Source: an uncultured delta proteobacterium (GTDB lineage: Bacteria > Desulfobacterota > Syntrophia > Syntrophales > UBA2185). Taken from it: a stretch of 64,000 nucleotides of DNA. The stretch covers positions 412,438 to 476,437 of the forward strand of contig OY970063.1 in assembly GCA_963705275.1 (NCBI GenBank), written 5' to 3'. This document shows positions 51,935 through 62,306 of this stretch, in pieces. The notes under the pieces were generated by a model, which did not search any database, was not told the origin of the DNA, and saw nothing but the letters and a program-made list of their open reading frames with translations. The position numbers were made by a program, and so were the translations under genes. Numbering within the stretch: position 1 is the first letter of the stretch; each line of letters opens with the position of its first letter.

Positions 51935-52130
51935 AAGCGATTCATGCTATGTGATGAGCTTAAATTCCTTCATGAAAAGGCTGGGTTTTATAAAGATATG
52001 CAACTAGTTCTCTTTTAAAGATTCAGTGCCAATTCCCTCAAAGGAGATTCCTGACAACTATATCTGACAGCCATCGCCAATTTTCATCCCCTCATCCAAG
52101 CCTATAAGAAGTAAATAAGGGGCGATCATC

Positions 52131-52370
52131 ATGACAAATCCTGAAGAAAGAAAAATCGAAGCTGCTGAAAGGGCTGCCGATGCTGCTGAAAAGTCGGCCA
52201 GTTTCACAGGGCAGTCTGCTGATGCAGCATTAAGACAAGCAAGTGCAGCAGAGAATGCTTCTGAATACGTGAAGAATACGGCGATTTATACCCGTGATTC
52301 GAGCCAAGTGGCTGAAACGGTCTGTTATTATACTTATGCTCAGTGTCGTGGCAACCTTGATATTCTCTAG
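52131..52370 (+). CDS. Hypothetical alanine-rich protein
   Basis: GGGGCGA purine-rich tract (RBS-like) before the ATG, and an A/E-rich helical N-terminus. It overlaps the next ORF by 77 nt. Confidence 0.35.
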   Translation: MTNPEERKIEAAERAADAAEKSASFTGQSADAALRQASAAENASEYVKNTAIYTRDSSQVAETVCYYTYAQCRGNLDIL

Positions 52371-52578
52371 TTTAACGTGGCTTCGTGAAGATACGTTATT
52401 TTATGCGCGTAAAAGGTCGCAAATTCAAGCAATGGTTTCGGATGTCGCATATGACCATGCGCCCAAAGATAACAGTGATCGTCCAAGCAGTTCTAATCGT
52501 AAATCCAGTTTTACTAGCGTGAAATTTGATCTCGTCAACTACAGTGGGTTCGATGCACAGGATATACTATTAATGTAA
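52294..52578 (+). CDS. Hypothetical protein with N-terminal TM anchor
   Basis: GTG start, KWLKRSVIILMLSVVATLIFSSLTW helix, then a Ser-rich region. Confidence 0.3.
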   Translation: MIRAKWLKRSVIILMLSVVATLIFSSLTWLREDTLFYARKRSQIQAMVSDVAYDHAPKDNSDRPSSSNRKSSFTSVKFDLVNYSGFDAQDILLM

Positions 52579-52672
52579 GATTTCCGGATATGGCATGGAT
52601 ATATGATTGGAAGCTTTCAAATGAAAAGAAAGGAGACCAGAAGATGATCTTGATTCACAAAAAATATCTTCT

Positions 52673-52909
52673 TTGCCTTTTTTGGGAGCAAAGAAATCCC
52701 TGCCATTCCCTCCAATCACAGGAGAGTACTCGTTGGAGGAAGCCTGTGAGAAACGGATAGAGGTTCCGGTCTCTGTCCGATTGAGATGGCAAAGCGAGAA
52801 TGGTTATATAGCTAACAGAGAGCAAGAATTCAGAATCATCTGCACAACAGTTGATGGGAAGAGGGTCTTCTCTATGCATGCCGTCAAAATTATTTCGCGA
52901 GAGGATTAA
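52673..52909 (+). CDS. Hypothetical protein, start unresolved
   Basis: The 78-codon ORF has only a TTG start and no RBS. A good RBS plus ATG at 52629-52646 is in a different frame (see findings). Confidence 0.3.
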   Translation: MPFLGAKKSLPFPPITGEYSLEEACEKRIEVPVSVRLRWQSENGYIANREQEFRIICTTVDGKRVFSMHAVKIISRED

Positions 52910-53272
52910 CATCAATGAAGATTATCCAGTCGGGTGGTCGTTATCGCACTTCTTATTGAACTTCAACGGTCAGTAAGAAATCCTCATCAAGCCTTTTCTC
53001 GAAAGGCCATGCCTTTCGAGAAGATCTTTTATCTCTTCTAAAAATTCTTTCAATTCATTCTTCTGCAAGACGTTATGGAAAAATCATCGGTGCTATCACC
53101 TGGGTTAATTTTGTGCCGTAATCACCGATAATGCTGCACTCCAAGTCCTGCATAAAAATTGTTGATTTACTGAAAAAAATATTATAGAAATCAATTCCAC
53201 TTAAAATCTTAATATTCAGGACTCCTTGTTCGTGCAAATAGTACGGACTTTAGAGCCATGAGGAGGTAAAAG

Positions 53273-53710
53273 TTGAAAAGATACGAAACTCTGTTTATTG
53301 TCCAAATTGACCTTCCCGCCGACGAGATCAATAGTATTATCGACCGCTATAAAGCAATTGTAACGGCTCTCAAAGGCACAATCATCAAAGCCGAAAAATG
53401 GGGCAAGAGAAAATTAGCCTACGAGATCAGGAAGCAATCAAACGGCTTCTACATCCTGCTCGATTTCGCAGGCAAGAGCGCCATCATCGACGAACTGGAA
53501 AGAAATTTCAAAATCGATGACAAAGTGCTGAAATTCATGACAATAATGAAGAACCGCAACGTTGATCTGGCAGCGATCGAAAAAGAAATACAGGGGGAAA
53601 GCAAGAGTGAGACGCCACGTCCGACCCTGATGTTCGAAAGCCGGGAAAGTGCTGAACCGAAAATGGAGACCGATGCAAATAAAGACTCCACGCCATCAGA
53701 GCCCACATAA
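53273..53710 (+). CDS. rpsF: 30S ribosomal protein S6
   Basis: MKRYETLFIV...AEKWGKRKLAYEI, with a TTG start after GAGGAGG. Confidence 0.95.
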   Translation: MKRYETLFIVQIDLPADEINSIIDRYKAIVTALKGTIIKAEKWGKRKLAYEIRKQSNGFYILLDFAGKSAIIDELERNFKIDDKVLKFMTIMKNRNVDLAAIEKEIQGESKSETPRPTLMFESRESAEPKMETDANKDSTPSEPT

Positions 53711-53750
53711 AGGATCATATAACCGGGAAACGGAGGAAAAAGTATAACAG

Positions 53751-54029
53751 ATGCCAACACCATCAAGAGATACAAGGCCATCAAGGCCGGATTCAAGACC
53801 GCAGAAGAAATTTTACCATAAGAGAAAATTTTGTCGCTTTTGCACAGATTCGGAGATAAGAATTGAATACAAAGAACCTCTTGTCTTGAAAGATTACATA
53901 ACGGACAGGGGCAAGATTATACCGAGAAGAATCACCGGGAATTGTGCCAAACATCAAAGGGAAGTTACTGTGGCCATAAAAAGGGCGAGGACCATAGCCC
54001 TGCTGCCCTTTGTTGTCTCCGAATGGTAA
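53751..54029 (+). CDS. rpsR: 30S ribosomal protein S18
   Basis: KFCRFC...[25 protein letters not shown]...[14 protein letters not shown]. Confidence 0.95.
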   Translation: MPTPSRDTRPSRPDSRPQKKFYHKRKFCRFCTDSEIRIEYKEPLVLKDYITDRGKIIPRRITGNCAKHQREVTVAIKRARTIALLPFVVSEW

Positions 54030-54079
54030 TATCATATTGGAAGATGGCCGCTTCAGGTCAAGATTGATGGATTCAGACT

Positions 54080-55048
54080 TTGAACAAAGAAAGGGGTGCA
54101 TTCTTTAAGAGTAATTTTTCCCTGGGCATAGCCGTATCCTCCCTGGCCTTTCTCGCTGCATCGCTCATTCCTATGTTGGGTGCTTTCTTTCTTGTCCTGA
54201 CACCCCTGCCGACTATTTATTATTATTCCAAGACAGGCAGGATACAGGGATTTGCAATCTTAGTCGTATCTCTTTTTCTGGTCGGAATAGTCCTGACGAT
54301 TTCAGGTTCTCTCGCGAATCTACCGTTGCTATTCATGACAGGATTATTGGGGCTATTTCTTTCAGAAATTTTTCGGAGGAATTACTCCATAGAGAGAACC
54401 ATCATCTACCCTGTGACTGCGGTCTTGATGCTTTGGTGCTCTTTCATAGTTATCCAAAGTCTCTCCGCAGGGGAAGAGCCATGGCGTCTCATTGAGGATT
54501 ACATAGGGAAAAATATCCAGGACAGCATTCAATTCTATGCCCAATTGGATATTCCCGCAGAGCAAATTGACTTTCTCAAGGAAAATCTTAAAGAGATAGC
54601 CAATTTCTTTGCAAACATCTTCCCTGCTATTGTCCTGGTGAGCGCGTCCTTTGTAGTGTGGCTAAATATACTGGCAGCAAAAGAGATATTCGCAAGAACG
54701 GGGATGTGGTATCCCGATTTCGGCGATCTTTCACGTTGGAAGGCGCCTGAGCGGCTGATATGGCTTCTCATCGCTGCCGGGGGGCTGCTTATGGTCCCTG
54801 ATTCATTGTTGAGGATAATCAGCCTGAATCTCGTGATCGTTTGCACGTTTGTGTATCTTCTTCAGGGTTTGTCAATTATAAGTTTTTTATTCAAGACAAG
54901 AAATGTTCACAGATATTTCAGGATGCTTTTTTATTTTCTTATTTTTGCTCAACAATATTTAATACTGCTCCTGGCTATCGTAGGCGTGTTTGATCTGTGG
55001 GTTGATTTTAGAAAATTTATCAAACCAGCTACATCCTCCACTTCATAG
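54080..55048 (+). CDS. DUF2232/YybS-like polytopic membrane protein
   Basis: 322 aa with about 8 TM helices, sitting between rpsR and rplI as yybS does in Bacillus-type operons. Confidence 0.7.
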   Translation: MNKERGAFFKSNFSLGIAVSSLAFLAASLIPMLGAFFLVLTPLPTIYYYSKTGRIQGFAILVVSLFLVGIVLTISGSLANLPLLFMTGLLGLFLSEIFRRNYSIERTIIYPVTAVLMLWCSFIVIQSLSAGEEPWRLIEDYIGKNIQDSIQFYAQLDIPAEQIDFLKENLKEIANFFANIFPAIVLVSASFVVWLNILAAKEIFARTGMWYPDFGDLSRWKAPERLIWLLIAAGGLLMVPDSLLRIISLNLVIVCTFVYLLQGLSIISFLFKTRNVHRYFRMLFYFLIFAQQYLILLLAIVGVFDLWVDFRKFIKPATSSTS

Positions 55049-55175
55049 ACAAGATCACAAGAGCCCCTGGCTTGATAATCTTGCAAAAAGTGGACATATA
55101 CGGGCAAGTTGTTTAGCCTCTCTTGTATTCGCTTAGAACTTATGTGGAGAAATTCAGACTTAACGAGGAGAGCTT

Positions 55176-55622
55176 ATGAAGGTAATATTGAAACAGAATG
55201 TTGATTCTCTTGGAAAGGCGGGAGATGCGGTAAAAGTGGCCGATGGTTATGCGAGGAACTATCTGATACCCAAAGGTTTCGCAGTGGAAGCGAGCAACTG
55301 GTCTCTCAAGGCTTTCGAAAATGAAAAAAAGCAAATAATGAAGAATATCGAAACTGAAAGAAAAAAAGCCGAAGCGATGATTGAGAGGCTCGCAGGTGTG
55401 ACTGTCAGCCTTACCAGGCGCGTCGGGGAACAGGACAAGCTGTTCGGGTCGGTCACTACGAAAGATATAGAAAAATCCCTCCATGATCTGGGAATAGAGA
55501 TAGATAAAAAAATGATATTACTTGAAGAACCTATAAAGACTCCCGGTGAATTTCTGGCCAAGATTAAACTTCAACCTGGGGTAATGACTGACATAAAGAT
55601 AACAGTAATTGGAGAGGCATAG
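55176..55622 (+). CDS. rplI: 50S ribosomal protein L9
   Basis: MKVILKQNVDSLGKAGDAVKVADGYARNYLIPKGFA. Confidence 0.96.
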   Translation: MKVILKQNVDSLGKAGDAVKVADGYARNYLIPKGFAVEASNWSLKAFENEKKQIMKNIETERKKAEAMIERLAGVTVSLTRRVGEQDKLFGSVTTKDIEKSLHDLGIEIDKKMILLEEPIKTPGEFLAKIKLQPGVMTDIKITVIGEA

Positions 55623-55630
55623 AACTGTCG

Positions 55631-56992
55631 ATGAAAGATATTGACACCTCATTGCATCGGGTGCCGCCCCAGAATCTTGAAGCTGAGCAGTCCGTAATCG
55701 GAGGAATCCTCCTCGATAATCAGGCACTGAACAGCGTTCTGGAAGTGCTTCATGTCGATGATTTCTATAGCGAGGCTCATCGTAAAATATTCGCTGCCAT
55801 TATTGAACTCTATGACAGAAATGAACCAAGTGATCTCATCACATTAAGTAACATACTAAGAAGCAAGAATCAGCTCGATCAAGCGGGGGGAGCATCCTAC
55901 CTATCGACGCTCGCGGATAATGTGCCGTCTGCAGCCAATATAGACCATTATTCCAAGATCGTTAAAGAGAAGTCTATTTTGCGCAAATTAATCGGCACAG
56001 CCACCGATATTCTGGGCAAGAGTTACAATGCAGGTACGGACATCGATACGGTCCTCGACGAAGCTGAACGTGCCATATTCGACATATCGGAAAATAAAAT
56101 AAGGCCGGCCTTCAGCCCTTTCAAAGACATAATAAAGGAAAGCGTCAAGACTATTGAGAGGCTATATGAAAGAAAAGAGCTTGTAACCGGTGTTCCCACT
56201 GGATTTGAAAAGATGGACGATATCACCTCAGGACTGCAAAAATCCGATTTGGTGATAATTGCAGGTCGGCCAAGCATGGGGAAAACAGCATTCGCCCTTA
56301 ACATTGCGCAGTATGCGGCTCTCGAAGCGAATGTCGCCGTTGCAATTTTCTCTCTGGAAATGTCGAAAGAGCAGCTCGCCCTGCGCATGCTTTCCTCGGA
56401 AGCGAGGGTTGATTCGCAGAGAATCAGGAGGGGCTTCCTCGGAGAGGCTGATTGGCCGAGGCTGATCTCCGCCGCTGGAAGGCTTTCCGAGGCCCAGATA
56501 TTTATCGATGATTCATCGGCGATTACCGCATTGGAAATGAAGGCAAAGGCACGACGGCTGAAATCCACCGTCGACCTCGGCCTGATCATACTGGATTATC
56601 TCCAACTTATGAGGAGCGGCGGTTACAGGGAAACATCACGAGAGCAGGAAATATCGGAAATCAGCCGTTCACTAAAGGCCCTTGCAAAGGAATTGAATGT
56701 TCCGGTAATAGCGCTTTCCCAGCTGAACCGAAAGTTGGAAGACAGGACCAATAAGCGACCACAGATGGCGGATCTGAGGGATTCAGGGGCAATTGAGCAG
56801 GACGCAGATTTGATCGCCTTTATTTACAGGGATGAGGTCTATGAGAAGTCCGAGGAAAATCCTGAAAAAGGCATGGCCGAGATAATTATTGGTAAACAAA
56901 GAAACGGGCCAACGGGTATGGTTAAGCTGGCATTTCAGGACAAGTTTGCTCGTTTTGAAAACCTCGCCAGAGGGATTGACATGGAGCCTTAG
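55631..56992 (+). CDS. dnaB: Replicative DNA helicase
   Basis: PPQNLEAEQSVIGGILLDN N-terminus and Walker A GRPSMGKTAF. Confidence 0.97.
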   Translation: MKDIDTSLHRVPPQNLEAEQSVIGGILLDNQALNSVLEVLHVDDFYSEAHRKIFAAIIELYDRNEPSDLITLSNILRSKNQLDQAGGASYLSTLADNVPSAANIDHYSKIVKEKSILRKLIGTATDILGKSYNAGTDIDTVLDEAERAIFDISENKIRPAFSPFKDIIKESVKTIERLYERKELVTGVPTGFEKMDDITSGLQKSDLVIIAGRPSMGKTAFALNIAQYAALEANVAVAIFSLEMSKEQLALRMLSSEARVDSQRIRRGFLGEADWPRLISAAGRLSEAQIFIDDSSAITALEMKAKARRLKSTVDLGLIILDYLQLMRSGGYRETSREQEISEISRSLKALAKELNVPVIALSQLNRKLEDRTNKRPQMADLRDSGAIEQDADLIAFIYRDEVYEKSEENPEKGMAEIIIGKQRNGPTGMVKLAFQDKFARFENLARGIDMEP

Positions 56993-57133
56993 CCATATGG
57001 GAAAACTTCAATTGTGATCTTCAAGTCCCTCCTCTCTAAAGGTTCTTGCATTACCCGTCTTCAGCAAACAATCAGGGCTTTATCGACACCGTATCGATTA
57101 GAATCTGCCACATCTTGCGAAGTTTGCTAGGTC

Positions 57134-57994
57134 TCATGCCTCCAGCAGATCCCGCTCTTTCCCTAAATATGGAATTGCCAGTCTCAATTTTTTGAGGGCC
57201 TGCTTCTCAATCTGTCTGGCCCGCTCCCTGGTAATGTTATATTTATTGCCAATTTCCTGTAGGGTTTTCGGGCTGTCCGTCATTATACGATGTCTGACGA
57301 TGTAGCTCTCCCTTTCATTTAGATTTGTGAGGGCCCCGGCGATGTTTCTCTTTACGATATCCATCTCTTCTTTCTTAATCAAGGACGTCTCCTGATCCTC
57401 TCCCTTGTAAGTCAAATAATCGAGATGAGACGTTTCTCCCTCTCCGCTGATGTATGAATCAAGCGAGAGATCGCGATAAGTAAGCCTCTGGTCCATTTCT
57501 CGAATTTCTGTTTCCTTGACGCCAAGAGATTCCGCAATCTCGCCGAATTCAGGGTTCTTCTGCGAAAGGGCCTCAAGTTTCTTTTTCGCCTGACCGAGCT
57601 TGAAAAAAAGTTTCCTCTGGGCCTGCGTGGTCCCGATCTTTACAAGACTCCACGATTTAATTATAAAATTTTGTATATATGCCCTTATCCACCACACCGC
57701 ATAAGATATGAGCCTGTATCCTTTATAGGGATCAAACTTTTTCACGGCGTGCATGAGGCCTATATTCCCTTCCTGAATCAGATCGGCCAGTTTGACTCCG
57801 TAATTTCTGTATTCGTGCGCGATCTTGACAACAAACCTCAGGTTCGAAACGACCAGCTTCTCGGCTGCCTCCATGTCATTATATTTCTTAAATTTCACGG
57901 CAAACCTGAATTCTTCATCTGCGCTCAGAAGGGGATGGCGATTAATCTGTGCTATATAGATCTCAAGAGTACTCGTTACTGACGGCAGTTCCAA
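57134..57994 (-). CDS. rpoH: Heat-shock sigma factor RpoH (sigma-32)
   Basis: Sigma-70 regions 2-4 plus the RpoH box QAQRKLFFKL. Confidence 0.88.
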   Translation of the reverse strand: MELPSVTSTLEIYIAQINRHPLLSADEEFRFAVKFKKYNDMEAAEKLVVSNLRFVVKIAHEYRNYGVKLADLIQEGNIGLMHAVKKFDPYKGYRLISYAVWWIRAYIQNFIIKSWSLVKIGTTQAQRKLFFKLGQAKKKLEALSQKNPEFGEIAESLGVKETEIREMDQRLTYRDLSLDSYISGEGETSHLDYLTYKGEDQETSLIKKEEMDIVKRNIAGALTNLNERESYIVRHRIMTDSPKTLQEIGNKYNITRERARQIEKQALKKLRLAIPYLGKERDLLEA

Positions 57995-58310
57995 TTAACA
58001 CTCCTATATTCTGCTTTGATCGACTTACAATGTTTGATTTTATTATGCTTTTAGTCCTTCAGTCAATATCTTTGACACATTTTTTCTTCATGATGCATAT
58101 CTTGACAGATTAACTATCCGTGTTTACATTTATAAAGATAATCCGCTATTTGGATGTGCATTGATAGTGAAACCCTGAAGAGCGTGAAGGCGCAAGTTAC
58201 GCCATATCTTTCTTCGTTGCAGCCACACATCAACGTAAATGTTACTGGGGTCGATATACTGCTGATAAGACCGGATGTTAAAGGGTGAACCCAGGATTAT
58301 TGGAGGTATC

Positions 58311-60902
58311 ATGAGATTTGATAAATTTACTTTAAAAGTTCAAGAAGCCCTGCAGGAGGCTCAGACCCTTGCAAAGAAATACGGAAACCAGAGCGTCGAT
58401 GTCGAGCATCTTCTTACTGCATTTCTCATGCAGCCGGAAGGCATTGTCGGGGAAATACTGAAAAAATTGGGGGCAGATCCAAAAGGAGTTGAAACTGAGA
58501 TCAGGAAATCTCTGGAAAAACTGCCGAGAGTTGAAGGTGCCGGTGTCACCGAGACCTACCTGACGCCGAGATTAAATAAGATATTAGACGATGCCCTTGT
58601 TGAAGCAGCGCGCCTGAAGGATGAGTATGTAAGTGCCGAGCACATACTGGTTGTGATGGCGGAAGAAAAGATCGGAGCTGTCGGAAAAATTCTTAAGGGC
58701 AAAGGCGTTACTAAGGACAATATATTCACGGCCCTTCTCGAAATCAGAGGCAACCAGAGGATCACAGACCCGAATCCGGAAGAGAAATATCAGGCCCTAA
58801 AGCGCTATGCCCGGGATTTCAATGATCTTGCCAAGAAGGGATCTTTTGACCCCGTCATTGGAAGAGACGATGAAATCAGGAGAATCATGCAGGTGCTCTC
58901 CAGAAGAACGAAGAATAATCCTGTTCTCATAGGCGAACCGGGCGTGGGTAAGACAGCTATTGTGGAGGGGCTCGCGCAGCGAATTGTAAACGGTGACGTG
59001 CCGGAAAGCCTGAAGGACAAGCGCGTTGTCGGTTTAGATATCGGCGCCTTGGTTGCCGGCGCCAAGTACAGGGGAGAATTTGAAGAAAGACTCAAGGCGG
59101 TGCTTAAGGAAATAACAAGCGCACAGGGAGAAGTCATCCTTTTCATAGATGAGATCCATACAGTAGTCGGCGCAGGAGCCGCCGAGGGAGCAGTCGACGC
59201 TTCTAATATGATGAAACCTGCCCTTGCCCGCGGCGAATTACGATGTATAGGTGCGACAACATTAAATGAATATCGTAAACATATCGAAAAAGATCCTGCC
59301 CTTGAGCGCAGATTCCAGCCGATTATCGTGAAGGAACCTACAGTTGAGGATACTATAGCAATCCTCCGGGGGTTAAAAGAGCGCTATGAAGTGCACCATG
59401 GAGTGAGGATCAAAGACTCTGCAATTATCGCTGCAGCAACACTTTCAGCCCGTTACATCAGCGACAGGTTCCTGCCGGATAAGGCAGTGGATTTGATTGA
59501 CGAGGCCGCCTCTCGCTTACGGATTGAACTCGATAGCATGCCCTCTGAAATTGACTCAATAGAAAGAAAGGTGACCCAACTGGAGATCGAGCGGCAGTCG
59601 CTAAAGAACGAGTCAGATAAAACGACGCAGGATAGACGCAATAAAATTGATAAGGAATTGAAAAAGCTCAGGGAATCAATGGATAAAATGAAGGCTCACT
59701 GGGCCCAGGAGAAAGAAATCATTAAGAACATGCAGGCCATAAAAAGCAAGATCGAAGAATACAAGGCAGAGGAATTAAACGCCCAGAGAGAAGGAAACCT
59801 CGCCAGGGCTGCCGAGATACGTTATGGAAAACTGGTCGAACTTAACGCGGAGTTGGAGCGGGAGCACGCTCATCTTTCCGAGATCCAGAAAGATAATAAG
59901 ATGCTAAAAGAAGAGGTCGATGCGGAAGATGTGGCGGAGGTTGTGGCAAACTGGACAGGCATTCCGGTCTCACGTATGATGGAAAGTGATGTTCAAAAAC
60001 TGATCCATATGGAAGACAGACTCAAGAAAAGGGTCATAGGTCAGGATGAGGGTATTGCCGCTGTATCGAGCGCCTTAAGAAGGGCCCGTTCAGGTTTACA
60101 GGATCCCAACAGGCCTATTGGCTCCTTTATTTTTCTCGGGCCTACAGGCGTTGGAAAGACAGAGTTGGCGCGAGCTTTAGCAGAATTCATGTTTGACAAT
60201 GAACATGCCATGATCAGAATTGATATGTCTGAGTACATGGAAAAACACTCCGTTGCCCGGCTGATCGGCGCACCGCCAGGATATGTGGGGTACGACGAAG
60301 GCGGTTACCTCACTGAAGCAGTCCGGAGAAGACCATACGCAGTTTTACTTTTCGATGAAATCGAAAAAGCGCACGTGGATGTGTTCAACATACTTTTGCA
60401 AATTCTGGATGATGGCAGGTTGACCGATGGCCACGGCAGGACTGTTGATTTCAAGAATACCATCGTAATTATGACGTCAAATATTGGAAGCCAATGGACT
60501 CAGGATTTATCCCTCAGTGATGAAGAGCGGCGAGCCAGGACGCTGGAAGCGATGAAGTCCACGTTCAGACCGGAGTTCTTGAATAGAATAGACGATATTA
60601 TAACTTTCAGATCTCTGACAATAGACGATATCGATAAGATAATCGATATCCAGATCGGGCTGATCCAGAAGAGGCTCAAAGACCGCAAATTGACCATTGA
60701 ATTGACAGAAAATGCGAAAAATTATATAGCTAAAACCGGATACAGCCCGGTTTACGGTGCACGGCCGCTCAAAAGGGCCCTCCAGAAAATGCTTCTGGAC
60801 AATCTTGCCATGGGAATTCTTGAGGGGAAATTTGCTGAAGGAGAGCACATTACAGTTGACGCGAAAGACAGTGGCGAGATGATTTTTAAAAAGAAAAAAT
60901 GA
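58311..60902 (+). CDS. clpB: ATP-dependent disaggregase ClpB
   Basis: Two AAA modules (GEPGVGKT and GPTGVGKT) and a long middle coiled coil. The ORF is open from 58275; a GGAGG RBS precedes the Met at 58311. Confidence 0.97.
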   Translation: MRFDKFTLKVQEALQEAQTLAKKYGNQSVDVEHLLTAFLMQPEGIVGEILKKLGADPKGVETEIRKSLEKLPRVEGAGVTETYLTPRLNKILDDALVEAARLKDEYVSAEHILVVMAEEKIGAVGKILKGKGVTKDNIFTALLEIRGNQRITDPNPEEKYQALKRYARDFNDLAKKGSFDPVIGRDDEIRRIMQVLSRRTKNNPVLIGEPGVGKTAIVEGLAQRIVNGDVPESLKDKRVVGLDIGALVAGAKYRGEFEERLKAVLKEITSAQGEVILFIDEIHTVVGAGAAEGAVDASNMMKPALARGELRCIGATTLNEYRKHIEKDPALERRFQPIIVKEPTVEDTIAILRGLKERYEVHHGVRIKDSAIIAAATLSARYISDRFLPDKAVDLIDEAASRLRIELDSMPSEIDSIERKVTQLEIERQSLKNESDKTTQDRRNKIDKELKKLRESMDKMKAHWAQEKEIIKNMQAIKSKIEEYKAEELNAQREGNLARAAEIRYGKLVELNAELEREHAHLSEIQKDNKMLKEEVDAEDVAEVVANWTGIPVSRMMESDVQKLIHMEDRLKKRVIGQDEGIAAVSSALRRARSGLQDPNRPIGSFIFLGPTGVGKTELARALAEFMFDNEHAMIRIDMSEYMEKHSVARLIGAPPGYVGYDEGGYLTEAVRRRPYAVLLFDEIEKAHVDVFNILLQILDDGRLTDGHGRTVDFKNTIVIMTSNIGSQWTQDLSLSDEERRARTLEAMKSTFRPEFLNRIDDIITFRSLTIDDIDKIIDIQIGLIQKRLKDRKLTIELTENAKNYIAKTGYSPVYGARPLKRALQKMLLDNLAMGILEGKFAEGEHITVDAKDSGEMIFKKKK

Positions 60903-60922
60903 AATGAGAAGGAGGTTTATTG

Positions 60923-61771
60923 ATGAACACCATCAAGACAGGTATATTACTCGGCGCCCTGACGGGTCTGTTAATGCTGATAGGAGGATATTTCGGCGGC
61001 AAACAGGGCGTTGTCATCGCATTTATTTTTGCTACGGCGATGAATTTTGGAGCGTACTGGTTTTCTGACAAACTTATATTGCGGATGTACAAAGCGCAGG
61101 AAGTCAGAGAAAACCAAGCGCCCCAGCTGTATGCCATAGTCAAGGATTTAGCTTTGAAAGCCGGCCTTCCCATGCCGAAGGTCTATATTGTCCCCGGCGA
61201 CACGCCCAACGCCTTCGCCACAGGACGTAATGAAAACCACGCCGTAGTCGCCGTGACGGAAGGAATCCTAAGAATGCTAAACAAAGAAGAGCTGGAAGGG
61301 GTTCTCGCACACGAATTGACGCATATTAAGAACAAGGACATGCTTATCGGCTCCATTGCCGCAACCCTGGCTGGTGCCATCGTCATGCTCGCAAACATGG
61401 CTCAATGGGCGGCTATCTTTGGTGGGTCAAGCCGTGACGACAGCGAGGAAGGGAGCGGTATCGTCGGCCTCATCATGATGGCGATTCTTGCACCCATTGC
61501 GGCTACTATCATACAAATGGCGATTTCGAGATCCAGAGAATACCTCGCTGATGAAGGCGGGGCACGTGTATCAGGCAAACCTTACGGTCTGGCCGGCGCC
61601 CTGGAAAAACTGTCGCGGGCATCACAGGTAGCTCCCATGGAGGCAAACCCTTCAACTGCTCATATGTTCATCGTAAACCCGCTCACAGGGAAATCCCTTA
61701 TGAACCTCTTCAGCACACATCCTCCAATTGAAGAACGTGTTGCAAGATTAAGAAGCATGAAGCCCATGTGA
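60923..61771 (+). CDS. htpX: Zinc metalloprotease HtpX
   Basis: HELTHIKN zinc motif, four TM helices, and an AAGGAGG RBS. Confidence 0.93.
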   Translation: MNTIKTGILLGALTGLLMLIGGYFGGKQGVVIAFIFATAMNFGAYWFSDKLILRMYKAQEVRENQAPQLYAIVKDLALKAGLPMPKVYIVPGDTPNAFATGRNENHAVVAVTEGILRMLNKEELEGVLAHELTHIKNKDMLIGSIAATLAGAIVMLANMAQWAAIFGGSSRDDSEEGSGIVGLIMMAILAPIAATIIQMAISRSREYLADEGGARVSGKPYGLAGALEKLSRASQVAPMEANPSTAHMFIVNPLTGKSLMNLFSTHPPIEERVARLRSMKPM

Positions 61772-61886
61772 GCTGCTTAATTTAAAGGAGTTCAAGCGCT
61801 ATCAAGAATATGTAAGCTTATTCTCGGCATTCAGTCCAGCGTCAACAGATGAACAGGGGTGCTTGTTTTCATATAAGGAGAGTATT

Positions 61887-62306
61887 ATGAAGGATGGAAA
61901 AGAAGATAAAGGATTTGTAATTAAGGATAAGCGAATTTTTGATGAATCCGGAGAGGCACGCGGGGAAGATTTAAAGAAGGAAGCAGCTACAGGCGAGAAA
62001 TCGGAAAATATATCTCCGGAAAAGGATGACCGGGCAAGTGCCCAGGAAGAATATTTCCCGGAAGTCACCTTTTCCAGTTTCGTCCTCTCGCTAAGTACAA
62101 CCGTAATGTATCATCTCGGTGATTTTCCAGACCCGACAACAAAGAAGGCGGAAAGAAATCTTGCCGCAGCGAAACAGACTATTGACATGCTCAGCATGCT
62201 AAGAAATAAGACAACTGGAAATCTCGATACTGATGAAAAGCAACTCCTGGAGGGAATCCTCTATGAACTCATGATAAGATACGTCAAAGAGAAGGACGCG
62301 GGATGA
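61887..62306 (+). CDS. DUF1844-family protein
   Basis: Acidic N-terminus followed by EVTFSSFVLSLSTTVMYHLG. An AAGGAG RBS precedes the Met at 61887. Confidence 0.7.
   Translation: MKDGKEDKGFVIKDKRIFDESGEARGEDLKKEAATGEKSENISPEKDDRASAQEEYFPEVTFSSFVLSLSTTVMYHLGDFPDPTTKKAERNLAAAKQTIDMLSMLRNKTTGNLDTDEKQLLEGILYELMIRYVKEKDAG

Larger units (their letters stand above)
50477..53272. other. Low-GC, gene-poor islet directly 3' of tRNA-Arg with only short orphan ORFs
   Basis: Hand counts of sample 60-nt lines give 37-40% GC here, against 47-58% in the flanking metF and rpsF. No ORF over 125 aa, and I recognise no family. Confidence 0.6.

Noticed and set aside
52900-53272. Direct repeat of the tRNA-Arg 3' end marking the right boundary (attR) of the islet
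   Set aside because: The only match is 7 nt (CAAGTCC at about 53,143), which is indistinguishable from chance. The island boundary therefore stays undefined.
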